A model generated the notes under the pieces. The model was not told the origin of the DNA and made no database searches. It worked only from the letters and a program-made list of their open reading frames with translations. From positions 1 to 30,196 of the forward strand of contig JBDROI010000122.1 in the NCBI GenBank assembly GCA_043810245.1: a DNA stretch of 30,196 bases, in the 5' to 3' direction. This document shows, piece by piece, positions 10,937-19,080 of this stretch (position 1 is its first letter; each line of letters begins with the position of its first letter). This stretch comes from Candidatus Micrarchaeota archaeon (lineage in GTDB: Archaea; Micrarchaeota; Micrarchaeia; Burarchaeales; JBDROI01). Both the position numbers and the translations under genes were made by a program.

Positions 10937-12217
10937 TCAACCGCGCGCAAATAAATTGGGCAGGCGTAGAAGAAACTCGTGCACTGGCATCCATTGTACG
11001 CCTGCAACTCCCTTCGCATGCTTTCCCTCGTCTTTTGTAACTACAATTGCTTTTTCGCAGTTGTATTTCCTGCAGAATTTTTCAAGGCCCATGTTCCGCT
11101 CCGGTTCGTTGCGGTACTTGACTTCTATTGGCAGCAAGCATTGCTCTTTCTGGAGCACGATGTCCACTTCGTTCTTATATTGGTCCCTCCAGAAAAAGTT
11201 GGCATCTGTGGCAACTACGCAAAGAGTTTCAATCAGTTTTCCCAAATGCTCTTCTCCCTTGTCTAAAGACATGGCGGAGCTGAGAAAAGTCGGGTAGAAT
11301 TTCCTTAGCCGTTTCTCCGATGTGCTTCTGTTTCTGGAGAAATTGTGCAGCTTAACTATAAGATGCGCCATCTCCAGGTATTCGAAATACTTGGAAAGCG
11401 TTTGCCGTGAAATTCCAAGCTCCTGGGAGAAGGAAGCGAAATCGACCGTCATCCCAGGGTTGTCCATCAGGATTTCTAGGATGGAAAGCAATTGAGACGG
11501 ATTCTCGATAGGGTAGATTTTAGGCATGTCTATAAAAACGATTTTTTCTACGATTGCGGTTCGGATGTACTGAGTTATTAGCGCCTTGTTTTCTTTGCCT
11601 ATCATCTCGGGAAAGCCAGCTGTAAGAAGGTAGTTCTCAAGCTCCTTTTTCAATTCAACCTCGTATAATTTTGGCTTCTTCGCCATTTCCGCTTTGCCTG
11701 CAAAATTCAGGTATTCCGCAAAACTCAATTTTTTTATTTCAAATTCGTAAATTCTGCCCGCCAAACTTTCCCGCGAGCCGTGGCGCAAAAAGAGAGACTC
11801 GGAGCCGGAGACGAATATTTTGTATTTCTTGGTATCGTAGAGAACTTTCACTTTTTCGGCCCAGTTTGGCAACTTTTGCACTTCGTCAAACATCAAGAAT
11901 TTTGGATCTTTTCCGTGAATTTCCCTAAAAGCCTGAATAACGTCCAAAAGTTCCAAACCTTGAAAATCGTCAAATGAAAAATATAGGATGGAGTCCGCGG
12001 GATGCTTGATTAACAGATCACTTATGATTTTCTGCAGAAGCATTGTTTTGCCGGTGCGCCGAAGGCCGCAAAGAGAAACAATCTGCGGCTCGTTTATTAG
12101 GCGCTTTATTTGCAGATAAACCTGCCTTTCTTTGTAATCGCTTTTTGGCGCAGTTTTCCAAAAGGGGTTGAATTCAACCAGCATTCTCCTAATTTTTTCG
12201 TTTACCATACTCATCAC
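10937..12217 (-). CDS. AAA+ ATPase of the AAA_14/DUF4143 type with C-terminal PD-(D/E)XK-like motif
   Basis: Walker A GLRRTGKT, Walker B FLMFDEVQ, SGS, ESLAGR, GFPE and C-terminal EVDIV...LPIEVKY. The start could be 12217 (GTG), 12214 or 12208. Confidence 0.9.
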   Translation of the reverse strand: MMSMVNEKIRRMLVEFNPFWKTAPKSDYKERQVYLQIKRLINEPQIVSLCGLRRTGKTMLLQKIISDLLIKHPADSILYFSFDDFQGLELLDVIQAFREIHGKDPKFLMFDEVQKLPNWAEKVKVLYDTKKYKIFVSGSESLFLRHGSRESLAGRIYEFEIKKLSFAEYLNFAGKAEMAKKPKLYEVELKKELENYLLTAGFPEMIGKENKALITQYIRTAIVEKIVFIDMPKIYPIENPSQLLSILEILMDNPGMTVDFASFSQELGISRQTLSKYFEYLEMAHLIVKLHNFSRNRSTSEKRLRKFYPTFLSSAMSLDKGEEHLGKLIETLCVVATDANFFWRDQYKNEVDIVLQKEQCLLPIEVKYRNEPERNMGLEKFCRKYNCEKAIVVTKDEGKHAKGVAGVQWMPVHEFLLRLPNLFARG

Positions 12218-12300
12218 ATTTCATATTTTGTGTTAATCATGTTTAACATTAAATAGTCAAACTTTATAAAGCTTTGTATGAACGAAAGCAGGTTACAGCA

Positions 12301-13554
12301 CTAAAGAGTCTCGCCAATAAGGGAGGTAGTTGTTGCCTCAGTTACGCGCACTTTCACGAACTCGCCGAGCTTTGCTTTGCCGCGTATTACCATTTGGTTG
12401 TACGCGTTCGTTCTTCCTTTGAGCGAGCCGCGCGAGCATTCTGTAACGAGCACTTCAAACTCCTTTCCAATCAGCGCGCGGTTCTTTTGTTCTGTCAACT
12501 CTCTGCAGAGCGCGCTCATTTTTACACTGCGTGCGTTGATTACGTGAGGAGAAAGCATCGTCAGCTTTGCCGCGCGCGTAAGCGGACGAGGAGTAAATTT
12601 TGAGACGTTGACTACGTTCGGCTGAAGCTTTTTTATGAGCGCAAGCGAGAGCTTGAAGTCGCGCTCGGTTTCCGTTGGGTAGCCCACTATAATATCGGTT
12701 GCAATGCTTGCTTGTGGAAAATGCACGCGGAAGCTGTTGATTACGCGGAAGAACTGCGCAACTGTGTATTTTCTTCCCATTTCTTTGAGAACGCGATTGC
12801 TCCCGCTCTGAACCGGAAGATGAATGAATTTGTAGATGTTTTTGCTTGCGAATGAATTTGCAAAGCTCTTTAGCGAGAGCGCGTGCTCTGGGTTGCACAT
12901 GCCTACGCGCAATCGGAAGTTGCCCCTGAGCGAAGCGAGCTCGCAAAGAAGGGAAATTAGACTGCTTCCAATATCCTTTCCATACGCGCCCGTGTCCTGC
13001 GCAGTAAGCTGGAATTCTTTGAAGCCGCGCTTGAGAAGCGAAGAAATTTCCTTAACTATTGCTTTTTGCTCGTAGCTTGAAAGATTCCCGCGCGCGAGCT
13101 TAGTTTGGCAGTATGCGCATGCGCCTAAACAGCCTTCTGCGATTGGAATGCGCGCAATTACTCCGGAGCGCTCCTGAGCGAAGGATTTCTTTTCGTGCTC
13201 AAGAAAAACAAGCTTTCTTCCCTGAAGAGCTCCTTCTGAAGCTTCGTAAATGTGCGCGAGCGAGAAAGGGCCCACGATGCACGCGCTTGGAATGAATTTC
13301 TCAACCAAGCGCAGGTTTGCCTGCGGAATGCATCCTGCAATAACCAGCTTTTTTCCCGAGCTTGCAAGCCTTTTGGCGTATTCGAGCGTCTTCTGCTCAG
13401 TGCTTCCCTTAACCGTGCAGGTGTTGATTATCACTACGTCCGCCTTCTCTTCATTTTCAGCTTCGCTCGCCCTGTTTTTGAGCATTATTCCGCGAATCAT
13501 CTCGGAGTCTGCCTGGTTGAGCGTGCACCCGTAGGTGCGCAAATAAAAGCGCAT
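12301..13554 (-). CDS. mtaB: Radical-SAM tRNA methylthiotransferase, MiaB family (probably archaeal MtaB/CDKAL1-like)
   Basis: UPF0004 domain (TYGCTLNQADSE, INTCTV, AGC), CxxxCxxC (CLGACAYC), TDIIVGYPTET and C-terminal TRAM domain. Start set at ATG 13554 (MRFYLRTYGC). The subfamily assignment is inference. Confidence 0.85.
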   Translation of the reverse strand: MRFYLRTYGCTLNQADSEMIRGIMLKNRASEAENEEKADVVIINTCTVKGSTEQKTLEYAKRLASSGKKLVIAGCIPQANLRLVEKFIPSACIVGPFSLAHIYEASEGALQGRKLVFLEHEKKSFAQERSGVIARIPIAEGCLGACAYCQTKLARGNLSSYEQKAIVKEISSLLKRGFKEFQLTAQDTGAYGKDIGSSLISLLCELASLRGNFRLRVGMCNPEHALSLKSFANSFASKNIYKFIHLPVQSGSNRVLKEMGRKYTVAQFFRVINSFRVHFPQASIATDIIVGYPTETERDFKLSLALIKKLQPNVVNVSKFTPRPLTRAAKLTMLSPHVINARSVKMSALCRELTEQKNRALIGKEFEVLVTECSRGSLKGRTNAYNQMVIRGKAKLGEFVKVRVTEATTTSLIGETL

Positions 13555-13667
13555 GAAGTTAATACACGAGTAAAGGATAAATTGAGTGCGCCGTGGATGG
13601 GATAAACCTATAAAAGCGTTTTCGCCCATAAACTACTCCACTAAGTACGAATTTAAGGAGGGTTTAC

Positions 13668-13847
13668 ATGCTGTGCGAAAGATGCAATAAACAAGTTTAC
13701 AAACTCGGGAAGTGCGACAACTGCAGTAAAAGCATTTGCAGTGCGTGCGTAAAATCTTCAAAGACTGTAAACAAGACGGATAGACATGCAATTTGCAAAA
13801 GCTGCTGGGGAAAGATGCAGGCAAGACGGAGATTTAAGAGAGTTTAA
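13668..13847 (+). CDS. 59-aa zinc-finger protein (four CxxC pairs), missing from the ORF track
   Basis: Hand translation: MLCERCNKQVYKLGKCDNCSKSICSACVKSSKTVNKTDRHAICKSCWGKMQARRRFKRV*. AAGGAGG SD upstream, TATAAAA at 13609-13615, T-rich tract after the stop. Confidence 0.85.
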   Translation: MLCERCNKQVYKLGKCDNCSKSICSACVKSSKTVNKTDRHAICKSCWGKMQARRRFKRV

Positions 13848-13918
13848 GAAGTTTTTCTTCTCTATTTCTTAGTTCTTTTAGATTTCTCAAAACTTCGTTG
13901 CGAGCCATAGTTACGCCC

Positions 13919-14686
13919 CTATAAGCTGCCCATGTTTAACTCGCTAACTGAGCACACGAAATCCGTAAACACGGCCACTGCAGAAAAAAGCTCTTTTTGC
14001 GTTGATTTGCCCAGATTTGACGGCACGGCCATTCGAATTGCAGATAAAAGTGCGTAGAATACTTTAGGATTTTCGTTTGTTAGTACTACTAGGTCTGCTT
14101 CTGTCAGCAAACTCTCAAGGAGCGCCTGAAGAATCCAAGGGCGTTCTGGAATAACCCAACCGAGTTTGTTCGCTATGTGCATGCGCAAATCGGATGCAAC
14201 CTCGTAGTTATAGCCGTAGTTGTAATTGAGAAGTTCGCCTCGGAGAAGAAGAAGCACAGCATTCGCCAAAAGTTCTCTTGTCTCTTTTGGACAATCTTCT
14301 GAGTAGTTGTTTGTATCTGCAAATTTGCTTATTTCGCTTATAAGTTCAATTGCCTTTGTTCTATCTTCACGTGCAGCAATAAAAAATGATTCTATAAGCC
14401 CCGCTAATTTTTTGCCCTGCGGAGTTTGCATTGCGTTTTTAAGCTCTGCCAGCTTTTTAGGAGTTCCTTTCTTCGCTTTAGTTTTAGGAAGCAGAACCTT
14501 CACATCTGATTTTAGTTGGGTTAATTTGCTGCTGAAATCCCCTAGCAGGTCTGTTCCACTGCGCCTGCTGAAATGCGTTGTTAAAGCGCCGAGGCGTCCG
14601 CGCGGTGTTTCATTTACTGAAATTTCGTCTTTTTTTCCGCGCACTTTCGCGCCGTTTGGATTAGATAAAACATTTGCTCTGCTCAT
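13919..14686 (-). CDS. Hypothetical protein, basic N-terminus plus helical domain
   Basis: Long ORF with GGGGTG SD before ATG 14686 (MSRANV). No family recognised. Confidence 0.65.
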   Translation of the reverse strand: MSRANVLSNPNGAKVRGKKDEISVNETPRGRLGALTTHFSRRSGTDLLGDFSSKLTQLKSDVKVLLPKTKAKKGTPKKLAELKNAMQTPQGKKLAGLIESFFIAAREDRTKAIELISEISKFADTNNYSEDCPKETRELLANAVLLLLRGELLNYNYGYNYEVASDLRMHIANKLGWVIPERPWILQALLESLLTEADLVVLTNENPKVFYALLSAIRMAVPSNLGKSTQKELFSAVAVFTDFVCSVSELNMGSL

Positions 14687-14750
14687 TTTCACACCCCACA
14701 AAGATATTGGTTACAAACTACTTTTGATTTTTTAATCCCTGCAATTTAGA

Positions 14751-14900
14751 TTCAGCCCGCAGGGGGTTTGGGCGGTGCCGGACTAAGGGGCAATTCGAAC
14801 GGCGCTCCGTTTGAATGCCCATCAGAACAAGGTGTCGTTCTGATTGGGGGCGGAGCCCCACTTGGGCTGGCAGAAGTAGACGGAATAATAGGCGGGAAGG
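14751..14900 (-). other. Structured non-coding element, copy A
   Basis: Shares four ordered sequence blocks with 20056-20192 and forms several stem-loops (see findings). Strand is given as the one co-oriented with the upstream gene; true polarity is unknown. Confidence 0.6.
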
Positions 14901-14902
14901 GC

Positions 14903-14910
14903 TATTTATA
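14903..14910 (-). promoter_or_regulatory. Putative TATA box (TATAAATA) upstream of element copy A and ORF 14686
   Basis: The minus strand reads CCAAAGG-TATAAATA, which resembles a BRE plus TATA box. Confidence 0.45.
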
Positions 14911-14930
14911 CCTTTGGATTGGCTTTTTTC

Positions 14931-15191
14931 TTATTTGTAGGAGGAATACCACTTTTCGTACTCTTTGTGGTTTTTAAAACATCGCAGTATGTAGAGCGTG
15001 CCGGCTTCAAGGTTGTAAACAAGCCGCGCCTGCTTGGTTACGTCTTCCACGTTGTACGGCAAGCCGAATTTCAAGTGCCTTCTTGGAGGAATTTTTTCAA
15101 GTTTTTGAATGTGCTGAAAGAAGAAAGCTTTTAGAGAACGTTCCATGCCGTCGAGATCTTTTTCAGCGGACTCGGAAAAAAGCACCTGCAT
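14931..15191 (-). CDS. RelE/ParE-superfamily toxin (type II TA)
   Basis: 86 aa. MQVLFSESAEKDL start and RLVYNL...LYILRCF match the RelE-fold pattern. Directly downstream of a small antitoxin-like gene. Confidence 0.75.
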   Translation of the reverse strand: MQVLFSESAEKDLDGMERSLKAFFFQHIQKLEKIPPRRHLKFGLPYNVEDVTKQARLVYNLEAGTLYILRCFKNHKEYEKWYSSYK

Positions 15192-15195
15192 TTTA

Positions 15196-15432
15196 TCACA
15201 GTTTGTACTTTTTTTGCATTTCGGCCAGCGGCTTTGTTTTGAGCTCTCCGCTTTTAATTTTCTGCATTTCAGATGCGATTCCGCGGTTGACGAGCAGAAC
15301 TTCTTCTTCCTCTATGCTTCTTCCATATGCAAGTAAAGCCTGCCTTATCACTTCGGTCATGTTTCCTGCGTAGCCCTTTTCGATGAGTTTTTCAATTATC
15401 TTCTCGTAGGGCGCACCTAGATTAATGTTCAT
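15196..15432 (-). CDS. Ribbon-helix-helix (CopG/ParD-like) antitoxin
   Basis: MNINLGAPYEKIIEKLIEKGYAGNMTEVIRQAL fits an RHH (G.Y...SEVIR.AL) pattern. AGGTGG SD before ATG 15432; 4-nt gap to the toxin. Confidence 0.75.
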   Translation of the reverse strand: MNINLGAPYEKIIEKLIEKGYAGNMTEVIRQALLAYGRSIEEEEVLLVNRGIASEMQKIKSGELKTKPLAEMQKKYKL

Positions 15433-15442
15433 AGAACCACCT

Positions 15443-15473
15443 ATGTATATTAGATGTACATTTAAGTATATAA
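15443..15473 (-). promoter_or_regulatory. TA promoter: TATA (TTTATATA) and imperfect inverted repeat ATGTA-N9-TACAT, possible antitoxin operator
   Basis: The + strand reads atgtatattagatgtacat at 15443-15461 and tatataaa at about 15466-15473. Confidence 0.4.
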
Positions 15474-15502
15474 ACATTGTGCATTAGTTGCTCAAAAAGA
15501 GG

Positions 15503-18500
15503 TTAATTTGCTTTCAAAACGACAATTTTCACGCTTTCCTCTTCAATCTCCCACTCGGTTTCAGTTCCCTTGAGCTTTGCAGACGTGGAGAGAACGAGCT
15601 CCTTTGCTTTTACTTCGCGCGCGAGCTTCTCTTCAAACGGCTTTATGCGCGCGAGGAACTCTTTTGAAGCAACTATGTTCGCGCGTATCGCGTCGCTCTC
15701 AACTAGGTTCATCTGCTTTCTTGTTTCCTGAATTCTTCTGCCGACTTCGCGCGCCATCGCTTCTCCGTAGAGCGCCTCGTTCATCTCGGTTTTGAGGAAA
15801 ACACTTCCCTCGCTGAACTTTCCTTCGGCATATCCTTCAATGAGCTTTTCCTTGAACTCAACCATGTCTTTGCTGATTTCGTGCTTTGCGCTTTCGAGCG
15901 TGATTGTAATTTTTCCCTCGCTTTTCAGGAGCCCGATTTCCTGAGAATTGAGCTTGCGGAGCGCGTCTGCAACCAGGTTTGCGTCCTTCTTGAATTTGGG
16001 CCCGAGTTTCCCTGGAAGAGGGTTGATTTCTGCGACCTTGAGCGAGTTCTCTCCAAGCTTAACTTCCTTTACGTTTGAGGTAGATTCTATGAGCGTATGG
16101 AGCTTCTTCACTGCTTCTGCAGATTCGGTTGAAGAAGTGACAACGAGCGCGCTTTCAAGAGGCCAGCGGAGTTTTACGTCTGCTTCCTGGCGCGCGTTCG
16201 CAACTGCACTCGCAACTTCGCGCGCAATAATCATCTGCTTCTCGAGAATCGGGTCTATTCGCGATTCGTGCGCTTCTGCACTCGGCCACGGGAAAAGCGA
16301 AAGTGATTCTTCTGAGTTGCTCGCGCGGAAATACATCTGGTAGAGCTCTTCGGAAATGAATGGAATTAGCGGAGAAGAAAGCTTAAGAAGCTGGAAGAGA
16401 GTCGTGTGAAGCGCCGAATGCACTGCATCTGCTTTGTCGTTTTCAGCCAATCTTTTCTTTGCGAGCTTCAAGTAAAATCTGCTTAAATCTTCTATTATGA
16501 AAGTTTTGAGAGCGCGCGTAGCAGTGTGAACGTTGTAGGTTTCGAGCGATTCGGTGCATTCCTTTGTGATAGTTCCCAAGCGCGAGAGAAGCCAAAGGTC
16601 TTCAATTGAGTAGCTTATCTTTGCGCTTTTCGCAGGCTCTTTGTAGAACCTTCCGTAGAGCAGGTAAACGTTCCACATGATTTGAAGCGCGCGGTTTGCT
16701 TCAGCGAGCTCGTCCCAGCTGAATTTTAAGTCGTCCCAAACTGCATTTCCCAAACTCCATAATCTAAAGGCGTCTGCTCCGTGCTTCTCGAGCATTTCCT
16801 CAAGAGGAACGAAGTTTCCCAAACTCTTGCTCATGGGCTCTCCTTTCTCATTTACGAAGAAGCCGTGCATGAGTAAGCTCTTGTACGGGATTTCGTTGTT
16901 TAGAACTACGCCCGAGCCGAGAAGCGAGTAGAACCAGCCTCGGATTTGGTCTTTTCCTTCAACAATGAAATCGCAAGGATACCACTGCTCTTCGCCTTTT
17001 TCAAGGGAAGCCCAAATTGCATTTCCAGAGTCAAACCAAACGTCGAGAACATCGGGAGTTCGCTTCATTTTTCCCCCGCACGCGCATTCAAACTCAACGC
17101 CGTCAATATATGGTTTGTGGAGCTCGGGAAGCTTAACTTGAAGCTCTTCCTTTGAGCCGATTACTTTGATTTTTTTGCACTTCTCGCAGACCCAAATTGG
17201 AAGCGGAATTCCCCAGTAGCGCTGGCGTGAAATGCACCAGTCGGGCGCTGAGCTCACAAAATCAGTGAACCAGACGCGCGCAAAATCCGGATTCCAAGTT
17301 GCATTGTTGATTTCCTCAAGCATGCGCTCTTTTACTTTTGTAATTGTTATGAACCACTGCTTTGTGGTTATGAAAATGAGCGGGGTCTTGCAGCGCCAGC
17401 AGTGCGGGTAGCGGTGGGTTATTTTTCCAGCGTTTAGGAGAAGCCCTTTCTCTTTCAAATCTTCAATGATGAGCGGGTTTGCCTCGCGCACATTCATGCC
17501 CGCGTATTTGCCCCCTTCTTGCCCGTAGTTTCCGCGCGTGTCAACCGGGCAGAAGATGTCTAAATTATTCTGCTTTCCTACGATGAAGTCAGAGGGGCCA
17601 TGGCCAGGAGCGCAGTGAACCAACCCGCTTCCCTCGTCAAGAGTTACAAAACGGTCGGTCATTATTATTTTGTGGAGTTTTTTCTGGTAGGGAATGTGCT
17701 CAACGAGCGGGTGCTCGTATTCAAGATCTTTGAGCTTTATTCCGGAAAATTCTTCGAGAACTACGAAGCTCTTCCCCAAATCCAAGCAGATTGCACTCAC
17801 GGCTTCGAGTCTGTCTTTTGCAAGAATCCATGTTTCCTCGTCAACTTTCACGCGCACGTACTTGAACATTGGGTGAGCCATTACTGCGATGTTTGAAACG
17901 AGCGTCCATGGAGTGGTTGTCCAGATTACTAGGTACTCGTTGGGGTTGCGCATGCTCTTGAATTTTACATAAATAGAAGGGTCTTCCTTGTCGTCGTACT
18001 CGAGCTCGTAGTTTGCAATTGTCGTTTCGCAGCGCGGGCAGAATGGAAGAACGTAGACTCCTTCTTCAAGAAGGCCTTTTTCGTGCGCCTTCTTTATGGT
18101 TTTCCATGAAGACTCGATGAACTCGTCTTTGTAGGTAACATAAGGCTTTTCGAACTGCATCCAAACTCCGAGTTTCGAGAACTGCTCGGACATGATGTTT
18201 ATGTATTGGGTTGCAAACTTCTTGCAGCGCGTTATGAATTCTTCTATTCCAACTTTTTCAATCTCCTTTTTTGAAGTGAGGTTCATTTCTTTTTCGACTT
18301 TTACTTCAATCGGAAGACCGTGGGTGTCGTAGCCTGGTTGCGCGCGCAGGTTGAAGCCTCGAGCTCGCTTGTATCGGCACACCGTGTCTTTTATGCATTT
18401 GTTCCAAGCTGTTCCTGGGTGAATTTGGCCGGTTGCGTATGGCGGCCCGTCGCAGAAGTAGAACTTCTTTCCTTTCTTGTTCTTTTCTTCTAGTTTTTTG

Positions 18501-18562
18501 AAAATCGCACTGCTTTCCCAGAAGGCGCGTGTTTTTTTCTCGTTTTCCTGCGCATCGTACAT
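15503..18562 (-). CDS. ileS: Isoleucyl-tRNA synthetase (archaeal/type 2)
   Basis: DGPPYATGQIHPGT, GYDTHGLPIE, WTTTPWTL, GSGLVHCAPGHG, DWCISRQRYWG, EGKDQIRGWF and PMSKSLGN. Start set at ATG 18562 (MYDAQENE). Confidence 0.97.
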   Translation of the reverse strand: MYDAQENEKKTRAFWESSAIFKKLEEKNKKGKKFYFCDGPPYATGQIHPGTAWNKCIKDTVCRYKRARGFNLRAQPGYDTHGLPIEVKVEKEMNLTSKKEIEKVGIEEFITRCKKFATQYINIMSEQFSKLGVWMQFEKPYVTYKDEFIESSWKTIKKAHEKGLLEEGVYVLPFCPRCETTIANYELEYDDKEDPSIYVKFKSMRNPNEYLVIWTTTPWTLVSNIAVMAHPMFKYVRVKVDEETWILAKDRLEAVSAICLDLGKSFVVLEEFSGIKLKDLEYEHPLVEHIPYQKKLHKIIMTDRFVTLDEGSGLVHCAPGHGPSDFIVGKQNNLDIFCPVDTRGNYGQEGGKYAGMNVREANPLIIEDLKEKGLLLNAGKITHRYPHCWRCKTPLIFITTKQWFITITKVKERMLEEINNATWNPDFARVWFTDFVSSAPDWCISRQRYWGIPLPIWVCEKCKKIKVIGSKEELQVKLPELHKPYIDGVEFECACGGKMKRTPDVLDVWFDSGNAIWASLEKGEEQWYPCDFIVEGKDQIRGWFYSLLGSGVVLNNEIPYKSLLMHGFFVNEKGEPMSKSLGNFVPLEEMLEKHGADAFRLWSLGNAVWDDLKFSWDELAEANRALQIMWNVYLLYGRFYKEPAKSAKISYSIEDLWLLSRLGTITKECTESLETYNVHTATRALKTFIIEDLSRFYLKLAKKRLAENDKADAVHSALHTTLFQLLKLSSPLIPFISEELYQMYFRASNSEESLSLFPWPSAEAHESRIDPILEKQMIIAREVASAVANARQEADVKLRWPLESALVVTSSTESAEAVKKLHTLIESTSNVKEVKLGENSLKVAEINPLPGKLGPKFKKDANLVADALRKLNSQEIGLLKSEGKITITLESAKHEISKDMVEFKEKLIEGYAEGKFSEGSVFLKTEMNEALYGEAMAREVGRRIQETRKQMNLVESDAIRANIVASKEFLARIKPFEEKLAREVKAKELVLSTSAKLKGTETEWEIEEESVKIVVLKAN

Positions 18563-18566
18563 AGAG

Positions 18567-18971
18567 TTACCCCGAAGTTGCTTCTGCTGTTTTTTCGTCC
18601 TTCTCTTCCCTGCCCGCATAGCTCCTCACAGAGTATAGAACAGGGTAGATGAAGAATGCAAGCGCTATTAGAAACGAGGAGGAAGTTGAAATTGGCGCGT
18701 TCCAGTTGATGACTTTTATTATGAATGCGCACGCGAGCGGAATTGCTCCCAAAACAAGTGCGCGCACTGGAGTCAGCGTAAGCCCGAATTCCTCTGTTGC
18801 AAGCGCAAAGAGAAGAGGCGAGAGAGCGCTCGCCGAGAAGAAAAGCACGTAAATCGTTGGGAAGAAGCTTTGAACTCCATAGATGTTGAAGAACCATAGG
18901 AGAACTAAAAGTAGGAGCGTCGCGTTAAGCGTTAGCAATGCAGAAACTCTTGACTCTTGCTCTTCTTCCAT
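18567..18971 (-). CDS. Hypothetical membrane protein (about 4 TM helices), likely co-transcribed with ileS
   Basis: Four hydrophobic segments; stop 4 nt before the ileS ATG. Start ATG 18971 is preferred over the longer ORF. Confidence 0.7.
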   Translation of the reverse strand: MEEEQESRVSALLTLNATLLLLVLLWFFNIYGVQSFFPTIYVLFFSASALSPLLFALATEEFGLTLTPVRALVLGAIPLACAFIIKVINWNAPISTSSSFLIALAFFIYPVLYSVRSYAGREEKDEKTAEATSG

Positions 18972-19080
18972 TTTATCTACCTTTTCTCCCGTGTGAATTA
19001 GATTGGATGCGTAAGAAGATTTTTGCCGAGTAATATAAATAAAGGTATAGGTCACAAATGATTAACGGGAGTCGAGTTAT

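Noticed and set aside
13633-13824. Cys-rich minus-strand ORF in the track
   Set aside because: Shadow of the plus-strand zinc-finger gene at 13668-13847, which has an SD, ordered CxxC pairs and promoter/terminator context.
18405-18445. IleRS HIGH motif reading HPGT and KMSKS reading PMSKS as signs of inactivation
   Set aside because: HxGT and a variable first position of KMSKS are within the normal range for archaeal-type IleRS, and the rest of the protein is intact.
18563-18619. Extended upstream starts given by the ORF track (ileS 18619; similarly mtaB 13629, antitoxin 15477, lipoprotein 23554, nadM 23425, CBS protein 8449)
   Set aside because: The extensions overlap neighbouring genes or promoters and lack homology-like features. 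Downstream ATGs have better SD context or match expected family N-termini.
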